64,000 nucleotides of DNA from Raillietiella orientalis (Eukaryota): the NCBI GenBank assembly GCA_036172245.1, contig JAYWIR010000001.1:3286001-3350000 (forward strand), given 5' to 3'. A program made the position numbers and the translations under genes. Of the stretch, positions 13,005 through 26,479 are shown piece by piece. The number at the start of each line of letters is the position of its first letter. The first letter of the stretch is position 1. Under the pieces are notes generated by a model that searched no databases, was not told the DNA's origin, and saw only the letters and a list, made by a program, of their open reading frames with translations.

Positions 13005-13817
13005 ATCATATGTTTGAGAAGATTTGGGATAAATATGAAGCTTTTGTTAAGAATTGATTCATAATTATGTAAACTTACCTTTGCTTTTCAGTTTCAGTAA
13101 TCGTCCAGAAATGCTTTATTTAATTGTGTACTTTTCTTGATCATTGTTTTCCAAATTGCCATTTAAGTTTTGCGTGAATCCTCCATATTTGCCGAAAATG
13201 ATTTTGGAAGCCCAAGTTTTCCCCGTGTTCCTTTCTTATATATAATTACTGGATTCCAGAAAATAAAAATTTGGCTCTCATTATGCAGTTGCCCAGTGGG
13301 GACATCATTTTGACATGATAATCCATTTGTGGTAAGTGTGACTTATCTAGGCATTAGTCTACCTTAATATATGATACCTACTGTTTTATCTTTTTGTGCT
13401 GGCATTGCATTTACTTTTTGGGGAATTTAATTTTTACATTAAAGCTCATAACGTATTTGCTCCGTGGGTATTTGATGGATTCTTATGTTAATAAAATGGT
13501 TTCCCCATTTTTGGTAGTGTGAATATATGAAAACTATACAGATGATACACAAAGTAGGAGGTGCTTCATTCTTGAGGTTAATTTTAGAAGCCAACAATCA
13601 ATTCTACAATAAGACAGTGAGCACGTGAAGAATTACAGTAAAACTTTTAAATTACTCTTAATATCTCGGTTTTCTTGTTTGAACTCTTTTATAGTTGTCT
13701 ATTCGGTGTTTATGTTTCTCAGGCGCTGGTAATTAGAAAATTTCAACTTATACTCAGGTGGAAGTTCACTTGTTGCATCACTGATGGAATTTAGTTCATC
13801 AAATAAACAGAACAAAA

Positions 13818-14117
13818 TCATTGTATTCTTATAATCGTTATATCTGCTTGTTTATTTTTTTTGACTGTTAAGTTTATTCTTTGTTCGTAATTCAGCCAGT
13901 TTTTCAATAACGTATGCTTATGCATAACTCCATCTGCTGATTCACGTGTCAGTTTTAATGAGATTGTCATCCGACCGATTCGATGTTTTCGTTCCAAATC
14001 TGTTGCTTCCATCTCTTGAAAATTTGAAGCCCACGAAGTTTCCACAAAAAGCAGCGGTGTCCCACCGAACCACCACGTAATGCAACAAAATATGCAAAAG
14101 GGAGCATTCGGTGGCAT
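13818..14117 (-). CDS. Possible small protein with a hydrophobic, signal-peptide-like N-terminus
   Basis: 99-aa ORF MPPNAPFCIFCCITWWFGGTPLLFVETSWA-SNFQ..., preceded by a plausible acceptor (TTTATGCAG, ~14190). No family recognised. Confidence 0.2.
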   Translation of the reverse strand: MPPNAPFCIFCCITWWFGGTPLLFVETSWASNFQEMEATDLERKHRIGRMTISLKLTRESADGVMHKHTLLKNWLNYEQRINLTVKKNKQADITIIRIQ

Positions 14118-17100
14118 CGTTCCCTGAGGGCGTCGGCCGAGAATGGACGTTCTTTCAGGCAGGAACTGGTTTAGTGCTTCGGCTCATACCTGCATAAATT
14201 TCCGAGGGAGTCACGACTTTCAACACACACACCTTCGGAAACAAACTGACAGATCCCAAATAAAAACACATCATAGACCAACCATTTGTGCCGAAGAGAC
14301 GAATCGCTGATTGTGAAAATTTTTGATCCATCAAAATGATCAAAAGTACACGAATTTCTGTGCGTTGTCGACCTAAAAGCAAGTAAGGTCATTGCGGTTT
14401 TGGTGATTAAAAAAGAAAAAAAGGGGTAATCTATGCCCTGAATTTCGAGTTCATGCATATTAATTTTGGTCTACGTAAACTCCGTGACGGTTGACCGAAC
14501 AGTTTTGAAAGAAAGAACTGCTTTGAGATTTCAGTGACGTGGTGCTACCACGTTTCTCTTTAAGTAACTCTGAGCCCTGTCACTATATAGAATCTCTCAC
14601 CTGTGTGACTATTCCTTACACATTATATTTTGTAAATTCCAACAGAATTTGCAAATCTGATTTTTCTACTATGGAGTACTCACGGTCTGGAAACATACCG
14701 CGTGACTTACATCGGAATGCACAGAAAATGGAAGGGCCTGCATGCTTGCGTATCTGGGAGCTGAAGAGTCTGCATCTTCAAAGTTTTCTCATGGACCACT
14801 CGTGATGACAAACCAGTGTCACGCTGCAGTTCATCCAACCCTAACGTTGATTCTTCCGAGTTGAGTAAGGTCGATTGTATTTGATCCGTATGGCGATGTG
14901 TTTAAGGAAAGCATCTCTGTGAAAGTGCCTCCATTAAAGATGCATCGGAAATCATTCACTTGCTCTTCAGGATCACTCTTTCACCATTTAACCGTTCCTC
15001 GGGATAATAATCCAAAAGCTTTCTCCCCCATCTGCGAATTCCCGCTTCATAATTTCCCGTTTGGGGTACCATTCTAAAATCTCTCAGCATCAGATAATGC
15101 TGTTTCTTATAATTCGAATTTGATCGTACAGTTTGGAACCTCAGTTTCCGCAGTTTCGAGTCCTCATTGATTTCCCCGGAAGGAGCGTACCATCCTACCA
15201 TTTTGCCATTTTTTGAATACGATTCCACTTGCCTATGGCAGAAGGCAATCGATGCCAATCCCACAAGTGCTTTCCCCGAAGAAAACAGAATACGAATTCG
15301 CTTACTTTCGAAGATCCTCAAGTAAACCCAAAAATGGAATTATTAGATACCATTCTCTTAGAAAGTATCGGAATTTTCGATTTCTATAGTAGTTTCGCAC
15401 ATTAAAAATAGGTTTATCTAATCGTGTTCAGATATTTCATGGGAAAACATCTGTCAAGAGTGACTGCCAGCTGCAACGTTAGTTAAAGTGTCCAATTTCA
15501 CTGTTATGCGTGGGAGATTTGTCTTGAGAAATGGCTGTAAGAAGGCCCTGCAATCCAATGGAATTTTTTTGTTTGAAAAACTTTTTATAGTACGTTAACT
15601 ATCGATTTTCAAGATGCTCTTGTGAAAAATTGAATTTTCCTCCTCCGAAAGCATGTGTACTCTAACTGCTCTAGTATACCATAATCCCCAAGAAAAATCG
15701 AATTGCTTAGCAGACATTGAATTCCGGTTATCCTTCGATAGCAAGTAGCACTCTTGAATCCGACGTCGCTGTCCGGCGAACGGCTGAAGTCGACTGATGC
15801 TAATGATGCTGCCCTCCAGATCTGAAGATTGTATTTGCCTGTATGCGGGGATGCAAAATAGTTTTAGAGCAATAGAGTTCAAGGCTGTTGCTCATGAATC
15901 TCCTTCGAGGCAGTATTCAGCTAGTGTCATTGCGTTCCATGGAGTTTTATACTTAAAGCTTAGCAACTTGTTTTCAGAAAGAAACCGAATCGCATGACGA
16001 ATGCAGAGCTACGTACAGTTCTGTACTGTTGGAAAAGCACATTATTCCCATCCCTAAGTTATCCCAGGAATGAGTCAAACAACGTATATTCAGGTAGCAT
16101 TTTGTCGTGGAGAATGTTTACATGGGATTCCAAGATTCGTTGAAACACTCATTCTAATAAACATATCCATGTTTTCTGGGAGGTATGTGCAAGTGAGCAC
16201 TTCAAAATACATAAAATACTCTTCGAATAATCTGAAATTCATATTTATGCAAACTTGATTTAGTACTACATATGTGTGTGAGGGGTGTGTGTAGCATCAG
16301 TAGTACGTTTCACCATTGATTTTTCATCGTGGCATTCATATCATGCAGCATGTTAAATGAATGGAAGAACTTCGTCTCTCGAATCAAGGATTACATGGTT
16401 TAAACTGGCAAATTCAAAAGAATGTTCTTCAGAATTGCTGTTTTTAAATGTGTTACACTAGTGGAGAGCAACACGCAACTCGTAATGGATGAAAAAGGAC
16501 CTCCATTAGGATGTAGAAGTGTTTAACCACCCAGAGGCTAATGCAAGTACTTGAACCATGCATTAGAAACTTTCGTCGGAAATCATGATTTTCAGTATTT
16601 ACATCCTTACTGCTTGTCTAAGAGTATGCAAGCGTATTTTGGCATGAATAAAAAAAAGTTTATGAATAAAAAAAAAGTAGTATGGTCAACAGTTTCCTTT
16701 TTTTGAAGCAAGCACTTTTCAAATTTTGCCCATTTGTTTTATGATTTATTAAAATATGAAAACTCGTGGTGTAATGTTGCAGTCGAAAACAGTAAGAGTA
16801 CACGGCAGGCAACATGAGATTCAAATTTTAACGAAATTTCGAACGAAAATCCCTTTAGGTGACTTTTCAAGTTTCGTTATGTCGAAGTCGAATGCTTGCT
16901 CGGGTCGGACGGAGTCCACTCGAGAGGCAACTCTTTGGGTGGTGCGAGGGGCTTCCCTGTGGCCCTCGACAGGGCTGCACCGAAAGCAACGCCGAAACGC
17001 GCGAACGGGGAAGTAACCGATGGAGCATCTGAACGGATTCCCATGAGCACCACTTTCACGGTGTAACCTCAAGCAAGCAAGTAAGGATTAAAAAAGGAAA

Positions 17101-18284
17101 AAAAAAGCAGTTCTCGACACTTCTGCTTTTACGTGGAATGATTTCGAAAACCTGTTATCGTGCGATGTCAATCAATAGTGTTCCGGGGGCTACAGAGTTT
17201 ATGCAGCAGCCCTGTAGAAAACGCTGAGTGCATCACAGCTGAACAGCCCAACATTTGACAAATGTGCAATGGCACAAAAAGGGGAAAAGGTTGTGAATCG
17301 AGAAGCAACTTGCGTGAGTGAAAAGCATTGTAGAAATTTTGGAGTAGTGTTTTTGCCATCCGAACAAACATGACTTGTTTCTTGGGAAAACCAAAAGCCA
17401 CTTCCGGCATAAGCTCCATGGTTCTATGGATAATGACTCCCTGCGACGCCAGGATTTCACAAAGCAGCTTCCATGAGGGTAGCATTCCCTCACAGGGTAG
17501 CATTCCTCAGCAAAGGTCAACCACCAGTTTCCGTTTCGGCGGAACGCACATACGCAAAACCTATACCGAACACAAGCCTCGCAAGCAAACCGTTCTCTAC
17601 ACTCGTTAAGTACACATCCTTCTGGAATCATCTTTGAAAGAAAACATTCACAAGCATTATCTTGATGTTCAGTAGCACTCAATAATCACCAGGTAACAGA
17701 ATATTTCACGTGCATATGTCCTACACCCAGCAAGCCACAACGCAAATGCGTGTGAACACTGTCGCAAAATGCTCGAAAATAGTTCTGAAGCAGACACTTT
17801 GTCGAAGTTACGTACGTTTCCAACACAAACGTACATGCAACGGTGATGAAGCACTTCACAATCACAAGTTTCCCTAGTAGCATTCACAAAGGCATGTGAC
17901 ATGCGTGCAATACCCACGTTTCCAAGATTTTGTGAGGTATTTACATTTGCAGCAATGCATTCGTGCACAACCTTCGACTGAAGGCGTATGTAAAAAATCG
18001 AAGAAAACTGCATGCACATGAATAATGACTTCCCTATCACTTGCCATTTTATGGTCTTGAGGGCTACTTAATGGTCTATCAATATCAAATTAGCCCTGGA
18101 GCAAACATCAGAAAATGTAATCGAAATAGGATGACTCAATTTTCCTGAATTCCACGCTCAACATATGATTCATTAAAAATGTGCATGTGTATGTCTACTT
18201 GTAAGTGCAGTTTTGAGGTAGCTTGTAAGATAGCTTCACCCTGAAAATATCCATTAACATATCAATGATACCGAACAGCAACAC

Positions 18285-18290
18285 TTTATT
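18285..18290 (-). promoter_or_regulatory. Polyadenylation signal of GAPDH
   Basis: AATAAA on the minus strand ~40 nt after the stop codon. Confidence 0.6.
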
Positions 18291-18328
18291 GTGCAACTAA
18301 CATAACTATGACATTGCTAAAGAATAAG

Positions 18329-19380
<1,052 letters not shown>

Positions 19381-19402
19381 TATCAGTGTTGGAGAAAGTC
19401 TT

Positions 19403-19695
19403 CTAGTATTATGAAATCAAGGTTTCAAATTGACCTATCGATTAATGAGATGGACATTAGCAAACATGAAAATAAACATACACATAAAAAGTACGTTTAA
19501 GAAATGGACCGAAAATAACTCAAAAGCATTGTTGTTGTAAGCATACGCGAATTCGGAAAATTTCACGTATTCACTCTAAAATCTCATGTATTTCAAACTA
19601 GGTGCAGGCACTGAAAGATTTCTAAGCTAACCATGGAGCTGCCATCATGCAAAGGGATGCACCAGACACTCGCATTCACACAACGCCGTACTCAC
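19403..19695 (-). other. Probable 5'-UTR intron of GAPDH, with a non-coding first exon and GC-rich promoter above 19696
   Basis: Strong donor GTGAGTAC starting at 19695; TAG acceptor ending at 19403, 22 nt upstream of the ATG. Confidence 0.5.
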
Positions 19696-22600
19696 CAGCA
19701 CCAGCAATCGATTGATACTCGAGGACGACGAAGGATGTTTCGCTATTAGTAGCTGCTGCCATCTGCCGCGTATCCTTAAAAGGAATGCGCGCTACGTCGG
19801 GCTGTGCGCGAATCCAGGGAGTCCCGCGGATGTTCGTTTAGAGACCGTGGAATCCGGCTGATAGGAGAATCAACCCCCCAGAGGTGATCCCTGATTCTGT
19901 TTGGACCACCTCGGCCACCGAAAATCGTAATCCAAGATCGCAAAATCGCGTTCAAACATTCCCACGGATTTGTTGTATGCCCAGGAAGAAAAAGATCTCG
20001 TGCCCGAGTTTGGGAAATCGCTGATTAGGCGTATGTGTGCTCAAAATTCATAACGCTGTTTTTTTTTTTTTTTTTTTTGCTTTTCCTTCTGAATTATCGC
20101 AGATTTATAAATCTGCGAAACGAAGGTACAATGGGTGAAAGTGTACAAACGCGTAGCATTTGAAATACATCGTTCCCAACAGTCGTAAAAGAAACATAAA
20201 GAGCCCTGGATACCAAGGAAGCTGTCAAAGAGGGAATAAATTTTCCGAGCCCATGGAGAATTCAAATGTTCTGAACTTTCTTCCAGCATCGGCATCTTGT
20301 TGCCGTGTATCCTTTGAACACCCTTACCTGAATCTATAATTTGAACACGATAGCAATCATATCTCAGTAGATGAAAATAAGAGCTCTCGACTTTCAGAGA
20401 TATTCACATAGGGATGATCGAGAATCGGTCTTCTTTTTTGATAACAGCCACTTTCTTATACTTTTACGTTTTCATTTTTCGTGAACTTTGCATAAACTGC
20501 TAAGCTTCGATAAACTTCCTGGTTTGTTAGTAAATCATGCCGCGAGGGAGGGAGGGGGGAGGGAAGGACACATGCATCTCAGTCTCTCTTGATCTTCTGC
20601 AATTGATTTTGCATGAGCTTCGAAAACTGTCAGTGTTTTGTTTTCTTCTTTCTTTCTTTCTCTCTCCTTGGTTCACGCAGTTATGAACGTTCAAAAATTC
20701 TCAGTTTGGGCAGATCTTTTGCATCAGAAACGCGAAATCCATAATCTGATGAATTTGCTTTCATCCTGATTCGATGAGCTGTCATTAACCTATGGAGTTT
20801 TCCATCGGGGCCGTTATCCACGTTAGGGCCATCGGGGCAGAGACGCTGACCGAGAACATCGGCCCGAATACACCCTCTTGAATATGTGCGTGTAAAATAC
20901 ATAAAATTCCCGGAAACGAATGTTCTCGTTTTTCCCTGAGAAAATTTTCCGCTCATCACTTAATTTACGTTCTACACAATGTTGATGGTTGCCGCTTCGT
21001 TTGACAGATTTATAAATTCATAATAATTCAGAATGCAGTTTATTGTTACTAATGGTAACGAATGCTCATTTGTTATACATATTTAAGTTTATGAAACGTT
21101 TTCGGTTCAGAGAGTTCTCCGACCCATACCAGGGCTCCAGATGAATCCACGTTCTCATCTAAGAGAGTCCTCCTGTTATTTTTAGCTTTGTTGGTCTCGG
21201 ATGCAAGACGTTGGCAAAGTCAACAAATGTGTGAACTGAGCTTCGGGACACCGAAGGCCCTTGGCACTTTTTAGTTTTGAGGAAACTGACACTGGAGTCA
21301 GTTTCCTCCTCCCTTTCACAGAAAACGAGTCAGGCAAAGGAATTGCAACACGTGTATTTTTCAAAATGTTCATTTTTTTTGTTGTTGTTGTTGCCGGAAG
21401 GACTTTTCCTGCCTCGGAATTGGGGCTAGAATTCGAAAAACGAGTATACACACCATAACAAACAACACGCCTATACCTTTCAAGGATGCGACACACACAC
21501 AAAAAAAATCATTCGAACGATTGGTTTACTGAGGAAGTGCATTCGAGCTGGGAACACTGTGCTGCACTTATGACCTAAATATCGGAAGCACCCTGAATCC
21601 TAATTAAAAAGAGAATCAATTTTTTTCCCCATCTCCCCGAAGTAGCCTTGCTCGATTTAGCTGCAATGAATTTTCTTAAAGAAGAAGAAGAAAAGAAAAG
21701 AAAAAAACTGCCAAAGGAAACGTTACAAAGTGTACACCACAAAGGTTTACACACCATTTGAAACGTTTTAATGTGAAAATGAGTCAAAAGCTCCACAGCA
21801 GTACTGCGACTCCTGGGAGTCTAAAAATAGACCATTAATTGTCAGTCCTGTTTGTTGCAAGATGTCGGATGACACGCAGAAACAGCATCCGACCTTTACT
21901 CGAACGACCCGCACTCCCGCCCAAACTCTCTCAATTCGATTTCCCCGTGCCTTCCTCTCCTTCCCTCTTCTTCCTTTCTTCCTTTCTCGTTTTTTCGCTG
22001 TTTTCTCGCGCGTTCTCGGATGCACAGCCCCCTCTGCCGCGCACGTGCGTATCCCGGGTTTCGTTGCGAAATGCTCCCCCCCCCCCCCCCCCCCATTTGA
22101 ATTCCGTTTTTCAGCAGGCTCTTTCGGTTTCACCGTGGCACTGGTGGTTCGTCTCATTTCCATCTCCCGGCGGGGGAGAGGCGCACGACCTTCCACCACC
22201 GTGAGCTGCAGCGCGTCCCGCGTGCTGACTGCGCTGCGCCCACGGCAACCGCGTTTCGTGGACGCGCCGGCGTCCACTGGTCAGCGAACCATCCAGCAGC
22301 AGCGCTCGCGGGTACCGCTGCGAGCGCGGCCGCATGTGCGGAAATACGGGCTGCCGCTGCTGCTCCCCTTCCTTTCACTCCTGCTCGCCACCCTGCTGGA
22401 AGATTGGCAAACGAAAGCGAATCGGGCGAACTTCCGCAGAACGAATGGGGCCGCCGTGCGTCATCGAATTTCCGAACGGAGCGCGCGCACGCGCGCCCGG
22501 CAGGGACGAGGGATGCCCGTCAAGCCTCTCGACACCGAAGGGCACCCCAAAAAGGGCGGTCTGTTGAGGAGCCGCTGACGGTGTGGTGGCGAACGCTGTT

Positions 22601-23029
22601 GGCTTGCAGTCGCTTTGAGCGCTTAGGAATTTTGTTCCTCCCTACACATTTGTGCGTTGTCCTCGATGATCCCTCCTGTTCTTTCTCAACGTCGCCTGAA
22701 GCGACGCGGAGAAAAGCTCACTTGCCTTTGCTCCTTCTTCTTCGATTGTCCAAGACATCCTTCCGTTTGAAGCGTCCCCGAGAAGCCTTCGGCGAAGATT
22801 TCGCGTGAATCGAGGTCAGGACGAGGATCGGAAGGTCGCCCTGTCTCGATCTGCCGTGTCCGTCCGGTTTCATCTACAGTCATGGCCTACGATGACCCTG
22901 TGTTTTGCTGATCCGAGGGTGAGGACCAGCTGCAACTCCGATCCTGCTTGCAGGACCGAACTCAAGGAAGGCGAGGAGAGCACTCTTTCGCGAGCCGAGA
23001 GCCCTCCCCGTCTCATTCTTCCTCTGTTC

Positions 23030-23630
23030 TTTTTTCTTGGTTCTCAAGGAGTGCTGTAGAACCGTTCGCCTCCTCAGGGGTCGCCCACGAAGCTCGTGAA
23101 GCTCGTCCACGCCACCTTAGGGTGTAAGTAACCTCTACAAGTCAGGGAGTAACCTTGGAGGGACCACCTATGAATTCGGGAAGGCTCCGGAGGAAGGAAT
23201 CCGTCCCTCATGCTTGGGAGGGAACCCCGAAGGAAACCCTCGCCATGGTTGTCGCCGGAGGGAGCGCTCAAGGGAACCGCTCCTTGTGGGTGCTCCTCTG
23301 AGAGAACCCCGAAGAGAGCAGCGAGCTTCTTACACTCTGGAGAGGAGCCCCCCGAGGGGATCATCAACCAGCTCCATGGTACGGCTCCCTTTTCACAGCC
23401 GGAGAGGATCCATGATTCCGGGGAGGACCCCGTAGGGACAATTTCCAATCCCGGCCAGTCAACGGAGGCTTCCACCAGTGCCGCACCTGAAGCCCGTAGG
23501 CCGACCAACAGCGGGGGAGAATCAACCCAAGATGCATCCATTTCTTTGACGTCCATGCTTCCTCGGGCGGGATTCGAACCCGCTACACTCTATATAATGT
23601 GTGGAGACCCAACGTGGCTCTTCGTATGCA
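23030..23630 (-). mobile_element. SINE-like family, copy A (tRNA-like head, internal repeats, conserved 3' block, A-rich tail)
   Basis: B-box GGTTCGAATCC at 23580-23570. The block TTGGTTCTCAAGGAGT...TCCACGCCACC...TATGAAT..GGAAGGCTC.GGAGGAAGGA.TCCG is shared with the copies at 25.3, 39.5 and 62.2-62.6 kb. Confidence 0.7.
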
Positions 23631-24781
23631 CGCACTCAGGGGAGTGAAGAAGTGAAGGATGGTGGAGATGCTGCTAACTCTTCTTACCGTTCGTTCTCCC
23701 GACCGAGTCTTCATGCTCGGAAGTCACCGGCGCGGAAGGAATCTTTCCAGGAGCTTAAGGACGATGGGTCCATTAGGACGTGCTGCACTGCCTCGGTCCC
23801 ACGTGGCTCTGTAAGCAATCGATGGTGAGCGGTAGCTGTAAAGCTGTAAGCGGATGCAATTGACGGAGCTCGAGTCCCCCCCTCCCCCCCGCGATGTCTT
23901 TCAACCAGCTGCTTCATCTCCTCTCCGACGTTTCTCGTTTCATTTCATCCGCACCTGAATTTCTTCAGGGGACTCCGCGTGGTGGTTGCAGCCAACTCCG
24001 TCGCTAGGAACTCCAACGCATTCGTTGCGGGAGCTTGGAGATTCCTTCGCCTGACAGTGAGGCGGTCCCTTTGTCCACTACTCCGTGGGAGGCGGCTGTC
24101 CCGACGCAGCTGGGAGGGAGCCCAGTGAATGAGGAAGGCAAGTTGGACCCAAAACGGCAAGACGCGTTTTTTTCCTTCCATCTGGAATTCACCTGAGGAG
24201 GGATTTGCGCGGACAGAGTGGAATGGCACTCGACTGATCTTCCTTTCCGTGGACCTTCCGTTCCTTGTGTTCCTGCGTGACCGGGGAGGGTTCGAGCCGT
24301 GCCCTGAGAGCTTCCGGGAGTTTCTAGGCACCAAGTGGGCCGGTTCCACGGAAAAGGGTTGGCCAACCGTGGAAGGGAATCCTGCAGCGTGTTACACGGA
24401 TGCGCAGCACACGCTTCGGCGCCATTCACCGGTCCGTCGACGCTTGTAACCATGGCGGTAATGCTGGTGACGGCGACAACAGACGACGTAAATGGGGAGG
24501 GGGAGAGGGGAAGTCGCTTCAAAAACTTTTCTGATGAGGAAATTTTGGAATTAGGGGACCGAGCAGCCATTTTGCGTCATCGGAGTGTAGCGAGATGAAG
24601 GAGGTTAAGAAACGCAGTTGGTCCAAGAGGAAGTGGTTCCCGTAGTTTAAGAAACGTTGTTTTGGTCTGTGGCACACGCAATTCTGGCTTGCTCTTGCGC
24701 GGCTCTGGTGGTGCTTGTTTGTTTGCTTTTTTCGGCGGAAGCAGAAGCAGCAGCGGGGTGTATTGGCCAGGAAGGTCGTTG

Positions 24782-25163
24782 GCTGGCCACCGGGTGGTCG
24801 CTGATCTTTGGCTGGTCAGCTGGTCTCCGTGCCGTCGTCTGATCTTCAAGAGATCGCCTGATCTTCAAGTGTTCGTCAGGTCTTCGTCATCTCAGACCCG
24901 AAGATCCTCATCTGGTCTCCGGGTGGCCTACTGATCTCCATGTCGTCGGCTCATCCACAGGTGGTCGACTGATCTCCAGGAGGTCTACTGCTCTTTGGAC
25001 GGTGGTTAATCTTCAAGTGGTAGTCTGATATCCGTGTCATCAACTGATCTCCGGGTGGTCAGCTGCTCTTTCGGTTATCGGCTTATCTACGGAGTGTCGT
25101 CTGATCTTCAAGTGGTCGGCTAATTTTCGGATGATGGACTAATCTTGTAGTGGTCGGCTGATG
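24782..25163. repeat. Degenerate 19-bp minisatellite, ~20 units, consensus CTGATCTTCAAGTGGTCGG
   Basis: In-register units such as ctgatctttggctggtcag (24801), ctggtctccgtgccgtcgt (24820), ctgatcttcaagagatcgc (24839), ctgatcttcaagtgttcgt (24858). Confidence 0.85.
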
Positions 25164-25284
25164 TTTGTTAGACAACGAGCAAATGCGGATTGCCAGAAGG
25201 CGGAGGAAGTGGTTTATCCGTATCAAGGGTCACTTCGGTCCATCATTTCCTCCCGTTAACTTGTCAAGGGTCACTTCGGTTCGC

Positions 25285-25545
25285 CACGTACTCAAGAACC
25301 GTTCGCCTAGGGATCCTCGAAACTCTTTCACACTCACCACGCCAGTCGAGGGTGAGTGATAGATGGTACCGCGGGAGGGGATCACCCTATGAATCCAGGA
25401 AGGCTCTGGAGGAAGGAGTCCGTTCCTGTTGGAGCTGGGAAAGAACTCTGAAGGGGACCTCTTTCCCATTCTCTCCTGAGGGGTCTCTCGAAGGGGGTCA
25501 CTCATTTTTTCTCCGATTTCCACCCGGACACGTCGGGCCTTTCAT
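25285..25545 (-). mobile_element. SINE-like family, truncated copy B (3' block plus internal repeats)
   Basis: AGAACCGTTCGCCT...CCACGCCA...CACCCTATGAATCCAGGAAGGCTCTGGAGGAAGGAGTCCGTTCC nearly matches the reverse complement of 62380-62425 and copy A. Confidence 0.7.
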
Positions 25546-25589
25546 TAAAATTTAAAATAACCTCATAAATTGTGATAGGACACGCGGTG

Positions 25590-26400
25590 TTCCTACCACA
25601 CTCAGTTTGTCCGTGGACCTGCCTGGTAGCCGGTGCGCAGACCGGCGGGGTTCACCTCGACAGCGGAGGGGGATGAGACAACAAAAATAAAAATACGGAG
25701 GAAATAAAAATAAATAAAAATCTTTGGGAGGGTCGCGAAGGGACCCCTGTCTTCTGGAGGGGTCTGCATCCTTTCCAGGATGTCAGCTAGGTCCGTTCGA
25801 ATAGGTCCCAGATGGTGTCATTTCGCCGCCATCCTCAGAAAGCGAACTGCGAACCGGGGAGCCTCCCTCCCGTTTCTTCCTCTGTCGGCTTCGTTCCAGG
25901 CCGCCACAATCCCCCGATGGCAGCAAAGCGCTGCTGGGGCTGTGGCTGGCTGCAGGGCATCCTGCACGAAGAGGAGGCGTGAAACGTCCCTGGAGGTGCC
26001 AACCGGGACCTGTTCCTAAACGTTCCCATAGGATCCGGAGGACAACACAGCCCACTAGCAGGTGCAGGAGGGACTCCTATTCCCCGCACCTGTGACGACA
26101 GTCTGGGCTCGCTCTCCCCAGTGTCCAGTGGTGTCGGCGTGCGTTGCAGGTAAGACCCCGGTGCGACAGCAGAAGTGCCGACTCCCGACACTTTAGGAGA
26201 ATGCTGCTGCTGTTCTTGAGCACTGGGGGGTCACTCCAGGTCTTCGCATGGAATACCGAGCAGCTCTCTCCAGAGCTATAGTCCTCGCGGAAGGGCACTC
26301 GGAGTCGCAGCATCCGCCAGCTGCCCCATGGTCCATCCACTCATCAGCTCCCGCCTGCCTGCAAGATCTCAGGAGACTTCCTAACTCGGTGTCTGGATGC
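25590..26400 (+). mobile_element. Related long copy E: degraded head on +, ORF remnant on -
   Basis: 25764-26110 is an inverted homologue of 26817-27158. The head-like TCCGTGGACCT...GACCGGCGGGGTTCA (25610-25655) matches 24246-24298, which keeps a GGTTCGAGCC B-box. Right boundary approximate. Confidence 0.5.
25764..26029 (-). pseudogene. Broken copy of the element-internal ORF (one frameshift, one TGG>TGA)
   Basis: ATG GGA ACG at 26029, then after a frameshift LFVQDALQPATAPAALCCHRGIVAAWNEADRGRNGREAPRFAVRFLRMAAK*HHLGPIRTDLADILERMQ; the stop is at 25820-25818. Confidence 0.55.
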
Positions 26401-26479
26401 TGCCAAGTGCCCTCTTAGGAAAATCGTAGTTAACGCGAGGGTCCGCTCTGCTCACGCGATCATGTTTGGACTATCATGG

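Noticed and set aside
17168-18040. Cys-rich minus-strand ORFs downstream of GAPDH
   Set aside because: Cys/Val richness follows from TG-rich composition; no consistent motif or splice structure.
21862-22578. 238-aa ORF in a CpG-rich island
   Set aside because: Runs through a C15 tract and pyrimidine runs, no domain recognised; could be regulatory or an unrecognised exon.
23560-23630. tRNA genes at the B-box sites (also 27418-27480 and 24289-24298)
   Set aside because: No complete cloverleaf; they are heads of the repeat family.
24782-25163. CRISPR array
   Set aside because: Units are contiguous and degenerate with no conserved repeat/unique spacer alternation; eukaryotic context with no cas genes.
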